From an uncultured Acidobacteriota bacterium (GTDB lineage Bacteria > Acidobacteriota > Thermoanaerobaculia > Multivoradales > SZUA-115), in the NCBI GenBank assembly GCA_963805975.1, contig CAWDVR010000003.1, positions 512,001 to 576,000 of the forward strand: a stretch of DNA of 64,000 bases, given 5' to 3'. The position numbers and the translations under genes are program-made. Below the pieces are notes generated by a model. The model ran no database searches. It was not told where the DNA came from and saw nothing but the letters and a program-made list of their open reading frames with translations. The number at the start of each line of letters is the position of its first letter. The stretch's first letter is position 1. Below, in pieces: positions 32,480 through 42,416 of this stretch.

Positions 32480-33879
32480 GGCGCGGGCGCCGGTCGCCAG
32501 AGATCGGCGGCGAGGGCCACGAGCCCACTCGGCAGCAGCAGCTCGGCCGCGAACACGTAGCGGTCGATCGGCGACTCGACCAGCACCACCAGCAGCATCG
32601 CCGCCGCGGTGTAGGCCAGTGCGACCAAGGCGACCCCGGCGCCGCGCGGACCGGGCCACCCGGCCCACGACGACCCTGCCCTTCCTCGGGCCACGGTGGC
32701 GACCACGCCGGCCGCCACCGCGCTCAAGGCGGTGAAGAGCGCCGCCGCCCGGAGCCACCGGCTCGAGGCCATGCGGCCCACGAAGGTGCCGCTCGCGTCG
32801 CGGAGCCAGCGGGCATAGAGCCCCGGCTCGAGCCGGATCAGGGCCCATGAGAGGCCGGTGAAGCGCCGGTTGGCGTCCACCCACAGCCCGCCGGGTTCGC
32901 CGCGCTGGCGGTCGGGCAGCTTCCGGGCCGCCTTGAGGGCGATGTAGAAGATGTTCGCATTGTAGAGGCGCCGCCACTCCTTGTAGTCGTAGGCGGGCGC
33001 GATCTCGAAGCCCACCTCGCGCCGCCGTTCGAGAATTCCCTGGGCGAGCGGCTGGTGCTCGGCAGGGAGGCGCGGCGCGTTCTCCGTGGTCAGCATCGAG
33101 CTGGTGATGCCGATCAGGTTGAAGCCGCCGAAAGACACCAGCCCGAAATGGCCGGCCACGGCCCAGCGAAACGTGCTCCAGGCGAGAAACGGCAGGAGCA
33201 CGACCGCGGTCATCCCGGCGGCGAAGCGCAGCGCGCTCGGGCGTCGCTCCTGGGTTCGGCACCCTGTACCGGCGAGCCGGAACAGCACCAGGCCCAGGAG
33301 CGGGAGGAGGGGCAGCAGGAAGAGGTAGGCCGGCCGGAGCTGGTAGGCGGCGAAGGCGCCGGCCCCCGCGGCGGTCCACGCCAGGGCCCGCGCCACCCTG
33401 CCGGCCGGCCGCGCGGCGGCGGCGAGCAACCCGGCCAGCGCGATCAGGGCGCAGGCGGCGGCGGGCAGATCGGCCAGCACCCCGGTCACGTAGGGGGCGA
33501 TCAGCCGGGAATAGAAGAGCGGCGTCGCCACCAGAAAGCCCTTCCAGCCGGCGCCGAGGTAGAGCCCCGCGGCAAGCCCGAAGGCCACCACCGAGCCGAG
33601 GTAGAGGCCGAGCTGCACGTGCGGCAGCCACGCCAGGCCGCCGGGAAGCGCTTGCACCGCCTTGAGGAAGAGCGGGTAGCCCGGCGTGCGGCGGTGCGAG
33701 AGCTTCTGCGCCAGGGTCTCGCGCTCGAGCACCTTCACGTAGCCGCGGCTGTCGCGGTAGGAGACGGTCGCGAGATCCGTCCGCGCAACGTGGAAGGCGA
33801 AGACGCCGGCCGCCTGCAGCAGGAGCCCCGGTAGCAAGAACCAGCGGGCGGGCCGGCTCCACGGCCGGCGCAGCGTCAC
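32476..33879 (-). CDS. Multi-pass GT-C-like membrane protein, paralog 1 of 4
   Basis: DSRGY...RTPGYPLFL, YQLRPAYLFL, GHFGLVSFGGFNLIGITSSM, LVESPIDRY; GTGA overlap with the GT2 gene. Confidence 0.7.
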   Translation of the reverse strand: MTLRRPWSRPARWFLLPGLLLQAAGVFAFHVARTDLATVSYRDSRGYVKVLERETLAQKLSHRRTPGYPLFLKAVQALPGGLAWLPHVQLGLYLGSVVAFGLAAGLYLGAGWKGFLVATPLFYSRLIAPYVTGVLADLPAAACALIALAGLLAAAARPAGRVARALAWTAAGAGAFAAYQLRPAYLFLLPLLPLLGLVLFRLAGTGCRTQERRPSALRFAAGMTAVVLLPFLAWSTFRWAVAGHFGLVSFGGFNLIGITSSMLTTENAPRLPAEHQPLAQGILERRREVGFEIAPAYDYKEWRRLYNANIFYIALKAARKLPDRQRGEPGGLWVDANRRFTGLSWALIRLEPGLYARWLRDASGTFVGRMASSRWLRAAALFTALSAVAAGVVATVARGRAGSSWAGWPGPRGAGVALVALAYTAAAMLLVVLVESPIDRYVFAAELLLPSGLVALAADLWRPAPAP

Positions 33880-34766
33880 TCCCGGCCCCCGAAGAGCATG
33901 CGCAGCAGGTCGGCGACGAACCCCATCCCGGTCAGCAGGCAGGCGGTGAGGAGCGACTCCACGGCCAGCGAGAGCCCCGCCCGCCACGGCGTCACGATGC
34001 CCAGCACCAGGCAGGCGAGGCCCACCGCGGCGACGAAGGCGGCGAGCAGCAGGAAGAGCTTGATCGGGTTGTAGACCAGGATCGCTTCGGAGATGTATTG
34101 CAAGGTGCGAAGCGAATCGCGGAACAGGCGGACCTTGGTGGTGCCGACGCGGGCGCGGTACGGCACCTCCACGTACGAGACCAGCCGGTGCGAGAGGAGG
34201 AGCCCGAGGGTCAGCGAGGTGGTGAAGCTGAAGCTCTCCGACAGGTGCCGGAAGTAGGGCGTCACCACCGGGCGGGAGAAGACGCGGAAGCCGGAGTTGA
34301 CGTCCGGGATGCGGCGCCCGGCCGTGAACTCGACCAGGAACTGGAGCACCCGCCGGAGGAGCGACTTGCCGAGCCGCTCGCGGTGGTCCTGCTTCCGGCG
34401 CGCTCCCACCACCATATCGAAGCCGCGCCGGTGCTCAGCCAGGAGCCGTGGCAGCTCCTCGGCCGGGTAGGTGCCGTCGGCGTCGGAGATCACGATCGTG
34501 TCATAGCGCGCGGCCAGGATGCCATCCTTCAACGAGCGGCCGTAGCCCTGGTTCTGCGGGTGGGAGAGCACCCGCGCCCCGGCCCGCAGGGCCTCGGCGG
34601 CGGTCCCGTCTGTCGAGCCGTCGTCCACCACCAGGATCTCGAACGGCTCCACCTCGCCGTTCTCGCCGGGCACGCTGAGAACGGCAGCCAGCGTCGCCAC
34701 CGCGTCGGCCACGGCGCGCTCCTCGTTGTAGGCGGGGATGACGACCGAGATCACGGCGTACCCCAA
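33876..34766 (-). CDS. GT2 glycosyltransferase (DPM1/GtrB-like) with C-terminal TM helices
   Basis: SVVIPAYNEE, VVDDGSTDGT, NQGYG, DADGTY, DMVVGAR, DVNSGFRVF. Confidence 0.92.
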   Translation of the reverse strand: MGYAVISVVIPAYNEERAVADAVATLAAVLSVPGENGEVEPFEILVVDDGSTDGTAAEALRAGARVLSHPQNQGYGRSLKDGILAARYDTIVISDADGTYPAEELPRLLAEHRRGFDMVVGARRKQDHRERLGKSLLRRVLQFLVEFTAGRRIPDVNSGFRVFSRPVVTPYFRHLSESFSFTTSLTLGLLLSHRLVSYVEVPYRARVGTTKVRLFRDSLRTLQYISEAILVYNPIKLFLLLAAFVAAVGLACLVLGIVTPWRAGLSLAVESLLTACLLTGMGFVADLLRMLFGGRE

Positions 34767-35653
34767 GCCATCTCATCGGGAGAGCCGTCGCCGGGGCTCT
34801 CCGAGCGTAGCGTGGGGCGAAGTCCGGAGAGCCCCGGCGACGACTCGGAAGCTCGCTTCACCCCCGACAGGCTCCAGGAGACGCCGGCGTAGCGGCGGAT
34901 GGAGATCGAACCGGGCTCGAAGCGCTCGGGCGAGAACCACGTTTGCGCCGTGGCGCGGGTGGTGAAGCGGGTCTGCGGCGCGTTCAGCTTGTCGAACACG
35001 TTGAGCATGTTGCGCTCGAAGGACAGGCGGCGGAAGTTCCGGAAGTACTCGTAATAGGGGAGAAACGAGAGGAACGGCAACCGGTAGACCGTGTGCGTGA
35101 AAGGGTAGAGCGCCGCCGTCACCGCGCGCGACAGGCCCACCAGGCTGCGGCGGGACAGGCGGCGCAGGAAGAGCTTGCGGATCGGCTCCACGCCGTGCCG
35201 CACCAGGGCGTTGCCCTCCGCGCTGTAGGTCCAGATCACCATGCGTCCTCCGGGTCGCAAATGCGCGAAGAGAGTATCGAAAGTGCGGTCCGGGTCGTCC
35301 GTGTGGTGGATGACGCCGATCGAGATCACGTCGTCGAACCGCTCGGCGAGGTCCATGGTGGCGAGGTCGGCGGTCACGAAGCGCACCCTCGCGGCCTCGC
35401 GGTTCCAGCCTGCGGCGATGTCCGCGGTGTTCAGATCCACCGCCGTGACCTCCGCCCCCGCCGCCGCCAGCATCGCCGTGTGCTGGCCGCCCCCGCAGCC
35501 GCCCTCCAGCACCCGGCGGCCGGCGAAGCTCTCGAGCGTCACCGGCGCGATCCACTCGCGGAGCAGGAACTCCTCGCGGTCGTGGAACATCGTCCACTGC
35601 TCGCGCCACTCGCTCGACGGCTGCTGCACTCCAGGTTCGGGAGGCCGGCTCAT
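34751..35653 (-). CDS. Class I SAM-dependent methyltransferase
   Basis: VLEGGCGGG, AVDL, SIGVIHHTDDP, LRPGG, FDKL; ATGA overlap with asnB. Confidence 0.88.
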   Translation of the reverse strand: MSRPPEPGVQQPSSEWREQWTMFHDREEFLLREWIAPVTLESFAGRRVLEGGCGGGQHTAMLAAAGAEVTAVDLNTADIAAGWNREAARVRFVTADLATMDLAERFDDVISIGVIHHTDDPDRTFDTLFAHLRPGGRMVIWTYSAEGNALVRHGVEPIRKLFLRRLSRRSLVGLSRAVTAALYPFTHTVYRLPFLSFLPYYEYFRNFRRLSFERNMLNVFDKLNAPQTRFTTRATAQTWFSPERFEPGSISIRRYAGVSWSLSGVKRASESSPGLSGLRPTLRSESPGDGSPDEMAWGTP

Positions 35654-37545
35654 GCCACGCCGTACCTCTTCGCCCAGAGCGCCAGGTTCAGGAGCCCGAA
35701 GAGCTTGTAGCCGTGGTCCGCGCGACGCCGGGCGTGCTCGTCGAGCAGCCGGCGCACGAAGCGCTGATCGAACGGCAGGGCCGCGCCCGCGGGCGCCAGC
35801 AGCTCCGCCTCCACCAGCCGCGCGAGCGACCCGCCCAGCCAGTGCGAGACCGGAGCGTTGAAGCCGGCCTTCTTGCGGTGCGTCACCTCGCGCGGCAGGC
35901 GCCGCGCCTGGCTGAGCTTGAAGACGTGCTTCTTTGCCAGGCCCTTGAGCTTCCACGCGGCCGGGAGCGAGGCCGCCAGCTCCACCAGCCGATGGTCGAG
36001 GAGCGGCGCCCGCGGCTCGAGCGCGTGTGCCATGGCGCAGCGGTCCACTTTCACCAGGATATCGTCCGGCAGCCAGGTCTTGGCGTCCACGTAGAGGTGC
36101 TGGTCGAGCGGGTCGAGATCCTCCACGTCGCGGTAGTGGCGCGCGAACGGCTCGAACGGGTCCACGGCGGAGAGCTGCGTCGCGAGGTCCGGCAGCAGCT
36201 CCGCCTGCTCCTCGCGCGAGAAGATCTCCCGCCAGAAGACGTGTGCCCGCGGGCCCGAGAGGCGATGCCCGGCAAGGAGGCGCCGCAGGCCGTAATCGAA
36301 CGTCACCTTGCCGCGCGAGGCGGGAACCAGGGCCGAGAGGCCGCGTCCGGCGCCCCGCACCAGCCAGCCGGGCAGCCGGCGCGTCAGGCGGTGTGCCCGG
36401 TCCGCGAGGTAGGTGGGGTAGCCGGCGAACAGCTCGTCGCCGCCGTCGCCGGAGAGCGCCACCGTCACGTGGCGCCGGGTGTGGCGGGCGAGGTAGTAGG
36501 TGGGAATCATCGAGCTGTCGGCGAACGGCTCGTCCGCGGCGTAGACGATGTCCGCCAGCTCCTCGGCCACCGTCTCTCCCACCACCTGGTCCCGATGCTC
36601 GACGCCGAGGAGCGACGCCACGCGGCGCGCCTCCGCGAGCTCGCTGTAGCCGGGCTCGGCGAAGCCCACGCTGAAGGTCTCGTTCTCGGCCGGGGGCCGC
36701 AGGCGGCACATGGCGGCCACGATCGCCGAGGAGTCGATGCCGCCCGAGAGAAAGGCGCCCAGCGGCACGTCCGCCACCAGGCGCAGGCGCACCGCGTCCT
36801 CCAGTAGCTCGCCCACCGCCTCGGCCGCCTCCGCCTCGGAAGCGAAGCGGCGCTTCTCCCGGAAGTGGGCGGCGAGGTCCCAGTACGGCGCCGGGATCGC
36901 CGGCTTGCCCTCTTCGAGCACCAGCACGTGCGCGGCTGGGAGCTTTTCGACCCCGGAGAAGATCGCCGCCGCGGTCAGCGTGTAGTTGTGGGAGAGGTAG
37001 TGGCTGAGCGCCTCCGGGTTGAGCTCGCGGCCGACGGCCGGGTCTTCCACCAGGGCCTTGAGCTCCGAGGCGAAGACCACGCCGCCGCCCGCGAGCCGGG
37101 CGTAGTAGAGGGGTTTCTTGCCCAGGCGGTCGCGGGCCAGGACCAGCCGCCGCGCCGGCTCGTCCCAGAGCGCCAGGGCGAACATGCCGTTCAGCTTCTC
37201 GAGCGCCGGCAGGCCCCAGCGCTTGTACGCTTCGAGGATGACCTCGGTGTCGCTCTGGGTGCGGAAGCGCGCGCCCAGTGCTTCGAGCTCCCGCCGCACC
37301 TCGCGGAAGTTGTAGATTTCGCCGTTGAAGATGATGAACGCACGGCCGTCCACGTCCGCCATCGGCTGGTCGCTGGCGGCGCTCGGCTCGATCACCGACA
37401 GGCGCCGGTGCCCGAAGGCGAGCGGTCCGCGGAACAGGAATCCCTGCGCGTCCGGCCCGCGGTGCACCAGCTTCGCCGTCATGCGCTCCACCACCCCCCG
37501 CTCCGGGGGCGCCGTCCAAGAGAGCTTGCCGCAGATTCCGCACAT
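35650..37545 (-). CDS. asnB: Asparagine synthase-like glutamine amidotransferase
   Basis: MCGICG, HRGPD, HRRLSVI, FNGEIYN, RDRLGKKPLYY, FLSGGIDSS, LSGDGGDELFAGY, KVDR...KKAGF. Confidence 0.95.
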   Translation of the reverse strand: MCGICGKLSWTAPPERGVVERMTAKLVHRGPDAQGFLFRGPLAFGHRRLSVIEPSAASDQPMADVDGRAFIIFNGEIYNFREVRRELEALGARFRTQSDTEVILEAYKRWGLPALEKLNGMFALALWDEPARRLVLARDRLGKKPLYYARLAGGGVVFASELKALVEDPAVGRELNPEALSHYLSHNYTLTAAAIFSGVEKLPAAHVLVLEEGKPAIPAPYWDLAAHFREKRRFASEAEAAEAVGELLEDAVRLRLVADVPLGAFLSGGIDSSAIVAAMCRLRPPAENETFSVGFAEPGYSELAEARRVASLLGVEHRDQVVGETVAEELADIVYAADEPFADSSMIPTYYLARHTRRHVTVALSGDGGDELFAGYPTYLADRAHRLTRRLPGWLVRGAGRGLSALVPASRGKVTFDYGLRRLLAGHRLSGPRAHVFWREIFSREEQAELLPDLATQLSAVDPFEPFARHYRDVEDLDPLDQHLYVDAKTWLPDDILVKVDRCAMAHALEPRAPLLDHRLVELAASLPAAWKLKGLAKKHVFKLSQARRLPREVTHRKKAGFNAPVSHWLGGSLARLVEAELLAPAGAALPFDQRFVRRLLDEHARRRADHGYKLFGLLNLALWAKRYGVA

Positions 37546-37675
37546 GGTCAGGAGCCGGCCCAGCCGGCGGCGCCCTTCTATCAGAGCGGGTGGGGGGCGT
37601 CAAAAACGTGGAGGCCGAGGCGGAACCCGGCTGCGAGAGTCTCGCCCGAGACGCCGGCTGCTAGGATCGCCGCCG

Positions 37676-38458
37676 ATGGCCGCTTCCCGCGCCGCGCAGG
37701 GCGCCCCGCTCGCTTCCTCGATCGGCCTCTCCACCATGGCGCCGGCCATGGCCGAGGCCACGAACTACTACCGCTGGATCGCGGATCGCATCGCGCCGGC
37801 GGTGGGTCGCCGCGTGCTGGACGTGGGCGGCGGGCGGGGGAGCCTGCTGTCCTACTTTCTCGACCGCGAGCGCCTCGTCGCCCTGGACCTCTCGCCCGAT
37901 GCCGTGGCGTATCTCCGCGAGGCGTTCCGCGCTCATCCGCACGTCGAGGCCCTGGAGGGAGACGTCACCAGCCGGGCCCTCCAGGCGCGCCTCGCAACCG
38001 AGGGCATGGACACCATCCTCTGCACCAACGTGCTGGAGCACGTGGAGGACGACCGCGCCATGCTGGCGAGCTTCGCCGCCATCCTGAGCGCCACGGGCGG
38101 GCGCCTCGCGCTCCAGGTGCCGGCGCACGCCTGGCTCTACGGCTCGCTCGATGCGGCGGCCGGCCACCACCGGCGCTACACCCGTCGCGAGGTGCGCACC
38201 AAGCTCGAAACCGCGGGCTTTCGCGTGGACCGCGTCTCCTACATGAACGCCGCCGCAGTGCCCGGCTGGTGGGTGGCCGGCCGGGTGCGCCGCCAAGGCC
38301 TCGCCGATTCGGCGGACACGAACGCCCAGGTGCGCTTCTACGACCGCTACCTGATCCCCGTGGCGCGCCGGCTCGAAGCCCTGGTGCCGCCGCCACTGGG
38401 CCTCTCGGTGCTGGCCCTGGCTCATGTCCCGCCGCGGCATGCCGACGCTCCCGGCTGA
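37676..38458 (+). CDS. Class I SAM-dependent methyltransferase (divergent from asnB)
   Basis: NYYRWI, VLDVGGGRG, NVLEHVEDD, VPAHAWLYGSLD...GHHRRY. Confidence 0.88.
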   Translation: MAASRAAQGAPLASSIGLSTMAPAMAEATNYYRWIADRIAPAVGRRVLDVGGGRGSLLSYFLDRERLVALDLSPDAVAYLREAFRAHPHVEALEGDVTSRALQARLATEGMDTILCTNVLEHVEDDRAMLASFAAILSATGGRLALQVPAHAWLYGSLDAAAGHHRRYTRREVRTKLETAGFRVDRVSYMNAAAVPGWWVAGRVRRQGLADSADTNAQVRFYDRYLIPVARRLEALVPPPLGLSVLALAHVPPRHADAPG

Positions 38459-38687
38459 AGACGACGACGGTTGGGCGCGGCTCGTCAGCCGACCCGGCCT
38501 CTGCCGTACCTGCCGGCACGCACGCCTCCTGGCCTCGGCCCGGAGCGTCTTCCTGCGCTGCGACCTCTCCGACTCGGACCCCCGCTTCCTGCGCTACCCG
38601 CCGTTGCCGGTGCTGACATGCGGGGGATGGGAATCCTCCGCCTTGCCCCCCACCTCCACGAACGAGGGCTCGTCGATGCCGCGGTAG
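38439..38687 (+). CDS. Small Cys-rich protein (4 Cys, possible metal binding)
   Basis: GLCRTCRH...FLRC...DPRFLRYPPLPVLTC; overlaps both neighbours. Confidence 0.6.
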   Translation: MPTLPAEDDDGWARLVSRPGLCRTCRHARLLASARSVFLRCDLSDSDPRFLRYPPLPVLTCGGWESSALPPTSTNEGSSMPR

Positions 38688-39721
38688 GTGACCACAGCTT
38701 CCGCCCCTTCGGCGAGGCAGCGGGCGGAGTGAGCGGGCTCGCCGCAGTCCACGCAGGCCCCGCCGCCGTCCGCGCCGCCGGCGAGGCAGCGGGCGATGAG
38801 CTCGGGGCTGGCGTCGGCCACCGACCGGCGCTCGATCCGCTCGCCGTCCGGGCCGCCGACCAGCTTCTCGACGAAGGCCGCGTAGTGAAGCTTGTAGTCG
38901 ATCTCGGCGCCGGGGCTCTCGACGACTTTCTCCGTCTGGAAGAAGCCGTACTGCGCCAGCGCAAGCTCGAAGCGCAGCTCGCCGCTCTCGAGGCGGAAGA
39001 AAAATCTCTCGCCGCGCTCGCTGTAGTCGCCACCGGCCGGGTCCCACTCTCCGATGCCGGCGAGCACGATGCGGCCGCCGTCGCGCCGCGACACCGCGGT
39101 CAGGCGATGGTTGGGCAGGATCTTGCCTTGCGCGCGCTTGTGGACCGGCGAGAAGGTCCACACGTCCTGCCGGCGCCCGTTCTCGTAGAGCGCCCAATAG
39201 AGCTCTTGGATCCGCGACTCCGGCCAGGCGATGACCTGGCGCAGCACCAGGACCGGCTCGCCCTCGGCGGCGGGAATAGGGAAATCTTCGACCTTCACCA
39301 GCGGCTCTTCCTCGGTCGGCGGCTCGCCAGCAGGCTCCGTCGGAAGCTCGGTGGCGGGCACCTCCGGGGCAGCTGGTCCTGTGGCGTCTGCCGGAGCAGG
39401 CTCCGGGGTCTCCGCTGGAGCCAGTGCCTCTGTGGAAGCCGGTGCCTCTGCGGAAGCCGTTGGTTCTATGGAAGGCACCTCTGCAGGGCCAGGTGGCTCC
39501 GTGGGGACCGGCGCTGCCGGCTCGAGTCGGGCCGGCAGGGGCAGCGGGAGGCGCTCGCCGGTCTGTGGGTCGCTCGTGTACCGTCTCTCGAGGTCCGTCA
39601 CGCGCTCGAAGTAAAGCCGCTCGAGGCCGGAGAAACGCGCTCCGGCTGCGGCCGGGAGGGCGGTCACCACGGAGAACGCGCAGAGGACGAGTACGAGGGC
39701 GAGGCGCAGCGGGCTGCTCAT
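38594..39721 (-). CDS. Secreted hypothetical protein with a Pro/Ala/Glu-rich linker
   Basis: Signal peptide; low-complexity PAE linker partly encoded by degenerate 18-bp repeats near 39420-39490; globular C-terminal half. Confidence 0.65.
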   Translation of the reverse strand: MSSPLRLALVLVLCAFSVVTALPAAAGARFSGLERLYFERVTDLERRYTSDPQTGERLPLPLPARLEPAAPVPTEPPGPAEVPSIEPTASAEAPASTEALAPAETPEPAPADATGPAAPEVPATELPTEPAGEPPTEEEPLVKVEDFPIPAAEGEPVLVLRQVIAWPESRIQELYWALYENGRRQDVWTFSPVHKRAQGKILPNHRLTAVSRRDGGRIVLAGIGEWDPAGGDYSERGERFFFRLESGELRFELALAQYGFFQTEKVVESPGAEIDYKLHYAAFVEKLVGGPDGERIERRSVADASPELIARCLAGGADGGGACVDCGEPAHSARCLAEGAEAVVTYRGIDEPSFVEVGGKAEDSHPPHVSTGNGG

Positions 39722-39837
39722 GGGCGGGATGGCCTTGGGCTCGTGGGCTTTCTACAGCATAGCCGGTTGGCGCGTACTTTCCTCGAGGGCTGCTAGCCTT
39801 CGGCCGTTCGTCACCCCCTGGGCCCTGGAGAGATCTC

Positions 39838-41136
39838 TTGGCAAAGCTCGACGGTACGAAGAAGCTGCTCTTCTCCGCGCTGCTGCTCCTCGGCGTGGTG
39901 GCGGTGCTGGAGGTGAGCTCGGCCCTCGCGCTCCGCGTGCGGGACGGGAGCTGGCCCTCGCCCTCGCGTTTCCGCGAGGAGCGCGAGCGGGTCGCGGGCG
40001 TGGCGAGCGCGGCGGGCGCTCCGCGTGCCGTGGACGCTCCGCCCGCCGCGGACGCTTCGGGCCAGGTTCTCCACCCTTTCCTGGGCTTCGTGCAAGACCC
40101 CGCGGTGAGCCAGCCGTACTGGGGGGTCGACGAGCAGGGCTTCCCCGTAGTGCCGCTGCCTGCCGAGGCGGGGGGCCTCGAGCGGTTCGACGTCGCGGTG
40201 TTCGGGGGCTCGGTCGCCAACGGGTTCTGCTTCGGCGGCAGCAGCGCCTTCCGGCAGGTCCTCGCCGAGTCGCCGCTGGTGCATGGCAAGGCCATCGCCA
40301 TTCACTGCTTCGCGCTCGGCGGCTTCAAGCAGCCGCAGCAGTTGATGGCGCTCAACTGGGCGCTCTCGCTGGGGGCCGAGTTCGACCTCGCCATCAACCT
40401 CGACGGCTTCAACGAGGTGGCGCTGTCGGTGGCGGAGAACGCCAAGGTCCATACCCACCCGCTCTATCCGCGCTGGTGGCCGGCGCGGGTCGCCGGCATC
40501 CAGGCCGCGAGCACGATGCGTATCCTGGGCGCCATCGAGCTCTTGGCGGAGAAGCGGCGCGAGCGGGCCGGCCTGTGTGGCCCTCCGCTCCTCGCCTGGA
40601 GCCCCACCTGCCACCTCGCCTGGAGCGCGCTCGACCGGTCGCTCGCCGGCCGGCTCGCCGCCGCCCAGCGGCAGCTCGGTGCGGAGGTGCCACGGCGCAA
40701 GAGCTTCCTCACCCGGGGCCCGCGGCTCGAAAGCTGGGAGGAGAACGAGATCTATCCGCTCATCGCCAGGCACTGGGCCGAGAGCTCGAGCCTGATGTTC
40801 GAGCTGTGCCGCGCCCGGGGCATCCCGTACTTTCATTTCCTCCAGCCCAACCAGTATCTGGCGGGCTCGAAGCCGATGGGCCGCGAGGAGCGGCGGATCG
40901 CCATCGACCCCGATCAGATCTACCGGCCCCCGGTCGAGAAAGGCTATCCGCTGCTCATCGCGGCCGGCCGCACGCTGGCCGCTCGTGGCGTGCCCTTCTT
41001 CGACCTGACCGGGATCTTCCTCGACCACCCGGAGCCCCTCTACAGTGACTCCTGCTGCCACTACACCCGGCCCGGCAACCTGATGGTGGCGGAAACGATC
41101 GGCAAGATCGTGGTCGGTGGGCTGCCCGCTCCCTGA
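39838..41136 (+). CDS. Membrane-anchored SGNH-hydrolase-like protein
   Basis: N-terminal TM; FGGSVA, ALGGFKQPQQ, LDGFNE, FLQP, DSCCHYT...GN. Confidence 0.7.
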   Translation: MAKLDGTKKLLFSALLLLGVVAVLEVSSALALRVRDGSWPSPSRFREERERVAGVASAAGAPRAVDAPPAADASGQVLHPFLGFVQDPAVSQPYWGVDEQGFPVVPLPAEAGGLERFDVAVFGGSVANGFCFGGSSAFRQVLAESPLVHGKAIAIHCFALGGFKQPQQLMALNWALSLGAEFDLAINLDGFNEVALSVAENAKVHTHPLYPRWWPARVAGIQAASTMRILGAIELLAEKRRERAGLCGPPLLAWSPTCHLAWSALDRSLAGRLAAAQRQLGAEVPRRKSFLTRGPRLESWEENEIYPLIARHWAESSSLMFELCRARGIPYFHFLQPNQYLAGSKPMGREERRIAIDPDQIYRPPVEKGYPLLIAAGRTLAARGVPFFDLTGIFLDHPEPLYSDSCCHYTRPGNLMVAETIGKIVVGGLPAP

Positions 41137-41223
41137 GCCTGTCGTGAGGGCTGACCGGCTGGCCCTCGTTTCTGTGGCTTCCTCCACAGCCTTGTGGTGC
41201 TCGCGTGGCCTAGCATCGCAGCG

Positions 41224-42273
41224 ATGCCGCCCTCCCGAGCCTGCGCCACGCTGTTTCTGCTGGGTGCCTGTGCCAGCGCCGCGGCCCTCGCACAGCCGCC
41301 GGCCGGGCACGGCCCGTACTTTCCGCTCGACGCGCCCTGGTACACGGACATCTCGAACGCGCCGGTCGATCCCCAGTCCACGGCGGTGATCTCCTGGCTG
41401 TCGAGCGTCGGCGGCTGGGGAGGCGGCGCGATGCAGATCGACTTCACGATCGAGGTGCTGGAGGCGAGCTCGATGACGCCGTTTCGCACCTTCGTCCCGA
41501 CGGACGATTTCTACGAGCCGGATTGCGACGAGGCGGCCGTGCCGGTGCCCGCGGGTGGCGCGCTCGAGGGCGAGACCGGCTACGAGTGCGAGAGCGACGG
41601 CGACTGCCACCTGCTCGTCGTCCATCCGGAAAGCCGGAAGCTCTACGAGATGTGGCGGGCCAACATCGTGGGCGCCAACTTCTTCGGTGGCTGCCTCGCG
41701 GTGTGGGACATGTCCATCACCTACCCGGAGAACGGCCGCGGCCAGGACTGCACCAGCGCCGACGCGGCCGGCTATCCCATCGCGCCGTTGCTGTTCTCTG
41801 CCGACGAGGTGGCGGCGGGCGTGATCGGCCACGCGATCCGTTTCATCCTGCCCAACGGCCGCATCCGCGACGGCATCTACGTCTATCCCTCGACGCACTC
41901 GACGGGCCCCACCAGCGGCCCGCCGACGGCGCCGCCCTACGGCGCACGCCTCCGGCTGCGCGCCAACTACCCGCTCGCCAGCCTGCCGAACGAGGGCGCC
42001 CGCGTGGTGGCCCGTGCGCTCCAGAAGTACGGCATGCTGCTCGCCGACGGCGGCACCATCGCGCTCACCGCGCAGAGCGACCAGTTCACCGCCGCGAAAT
42101 GGAACGGCCTGCTGGGGCCGCACGACCTGGCCGCGCTCCAGGTGAGCGACTTCGTGATGGTCGACGGCGGCGAGCGCTTCCTCTACACCGGCGACTGCGT
42201 GCGCCAGCACCCGATCTTCACCGACGGCTTCGAGCTCGGCGATCTGTCGAAGTGGGGCTTGGTGGTGGAGTAG
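41224..42273 (+). CDS. Secreted hypothetical protein with a C-terminal IFTDGFE tail
   Basis: Signal peptide; FPLDAPWYTDISNAPVDPQS, GDCHLLVV, SADAAG, HAIRF, PPYGARLRL, KYGMLLADGG; ends HPIFTDGFELGDLSKWGLVVE. Confidence 0.75.
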   Translation: MPPSRACATLFLLGACASAAALAQPPAGHGPYFPLDAPWYTDISNAPVDPQSTAVISWLSSVGGWGGGAMQIDFTIEVLEASSMTPFRTFVPTDDFYEPDCDEAAVPVPAGGALEGETGYECESDGDCHLLVVHPESRKLYEMWRANIVGANFFGGCLAVWDMSITYPENGRGQDCTSADAAGYPIAPLLFSADEVAAGVIGHAIRFILPNGRIRDGIYVYPSTHSTGPTSGPPTAPPYGARLRLRANYPLASLPNEGARVVARALQKYGMLLADGGTIALTAQSDQFTAAKWNGLLGPHDLAALQVSDFVMVDGGERFLYTGDCVRQHPIFTDGFELGDLSKWGLVVE

Positions 42274-42416
42274 CGGCGGGACCTTTGCCGGCCGAATGGG
42301 CAGAGCAGGAATTCGCCGCGGGTCGAATCAGCACGACTGCAGGCTCTTGAGCACTGAGTCTGCATAGCCTGCCTCCATCCAGCGGCGAATCCGAGCAGCC
42401 GCCATGGCCTCGACGC

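Noticed and set aside
28240-33862. 920-980 aa ORFs in the ORF track suggesting giant fusion proteins
   Set aside because: Their N-terminal halves are off-frame shadows of the upstream paralog. True starts are at the ATGA overlaps.
39415-39495. Short tandem repeats as a CRISPR-like array
   Set aside because: Degenerate 18-bp in-frame coding repeats of a PAE linker; no spacers and no cas genes.
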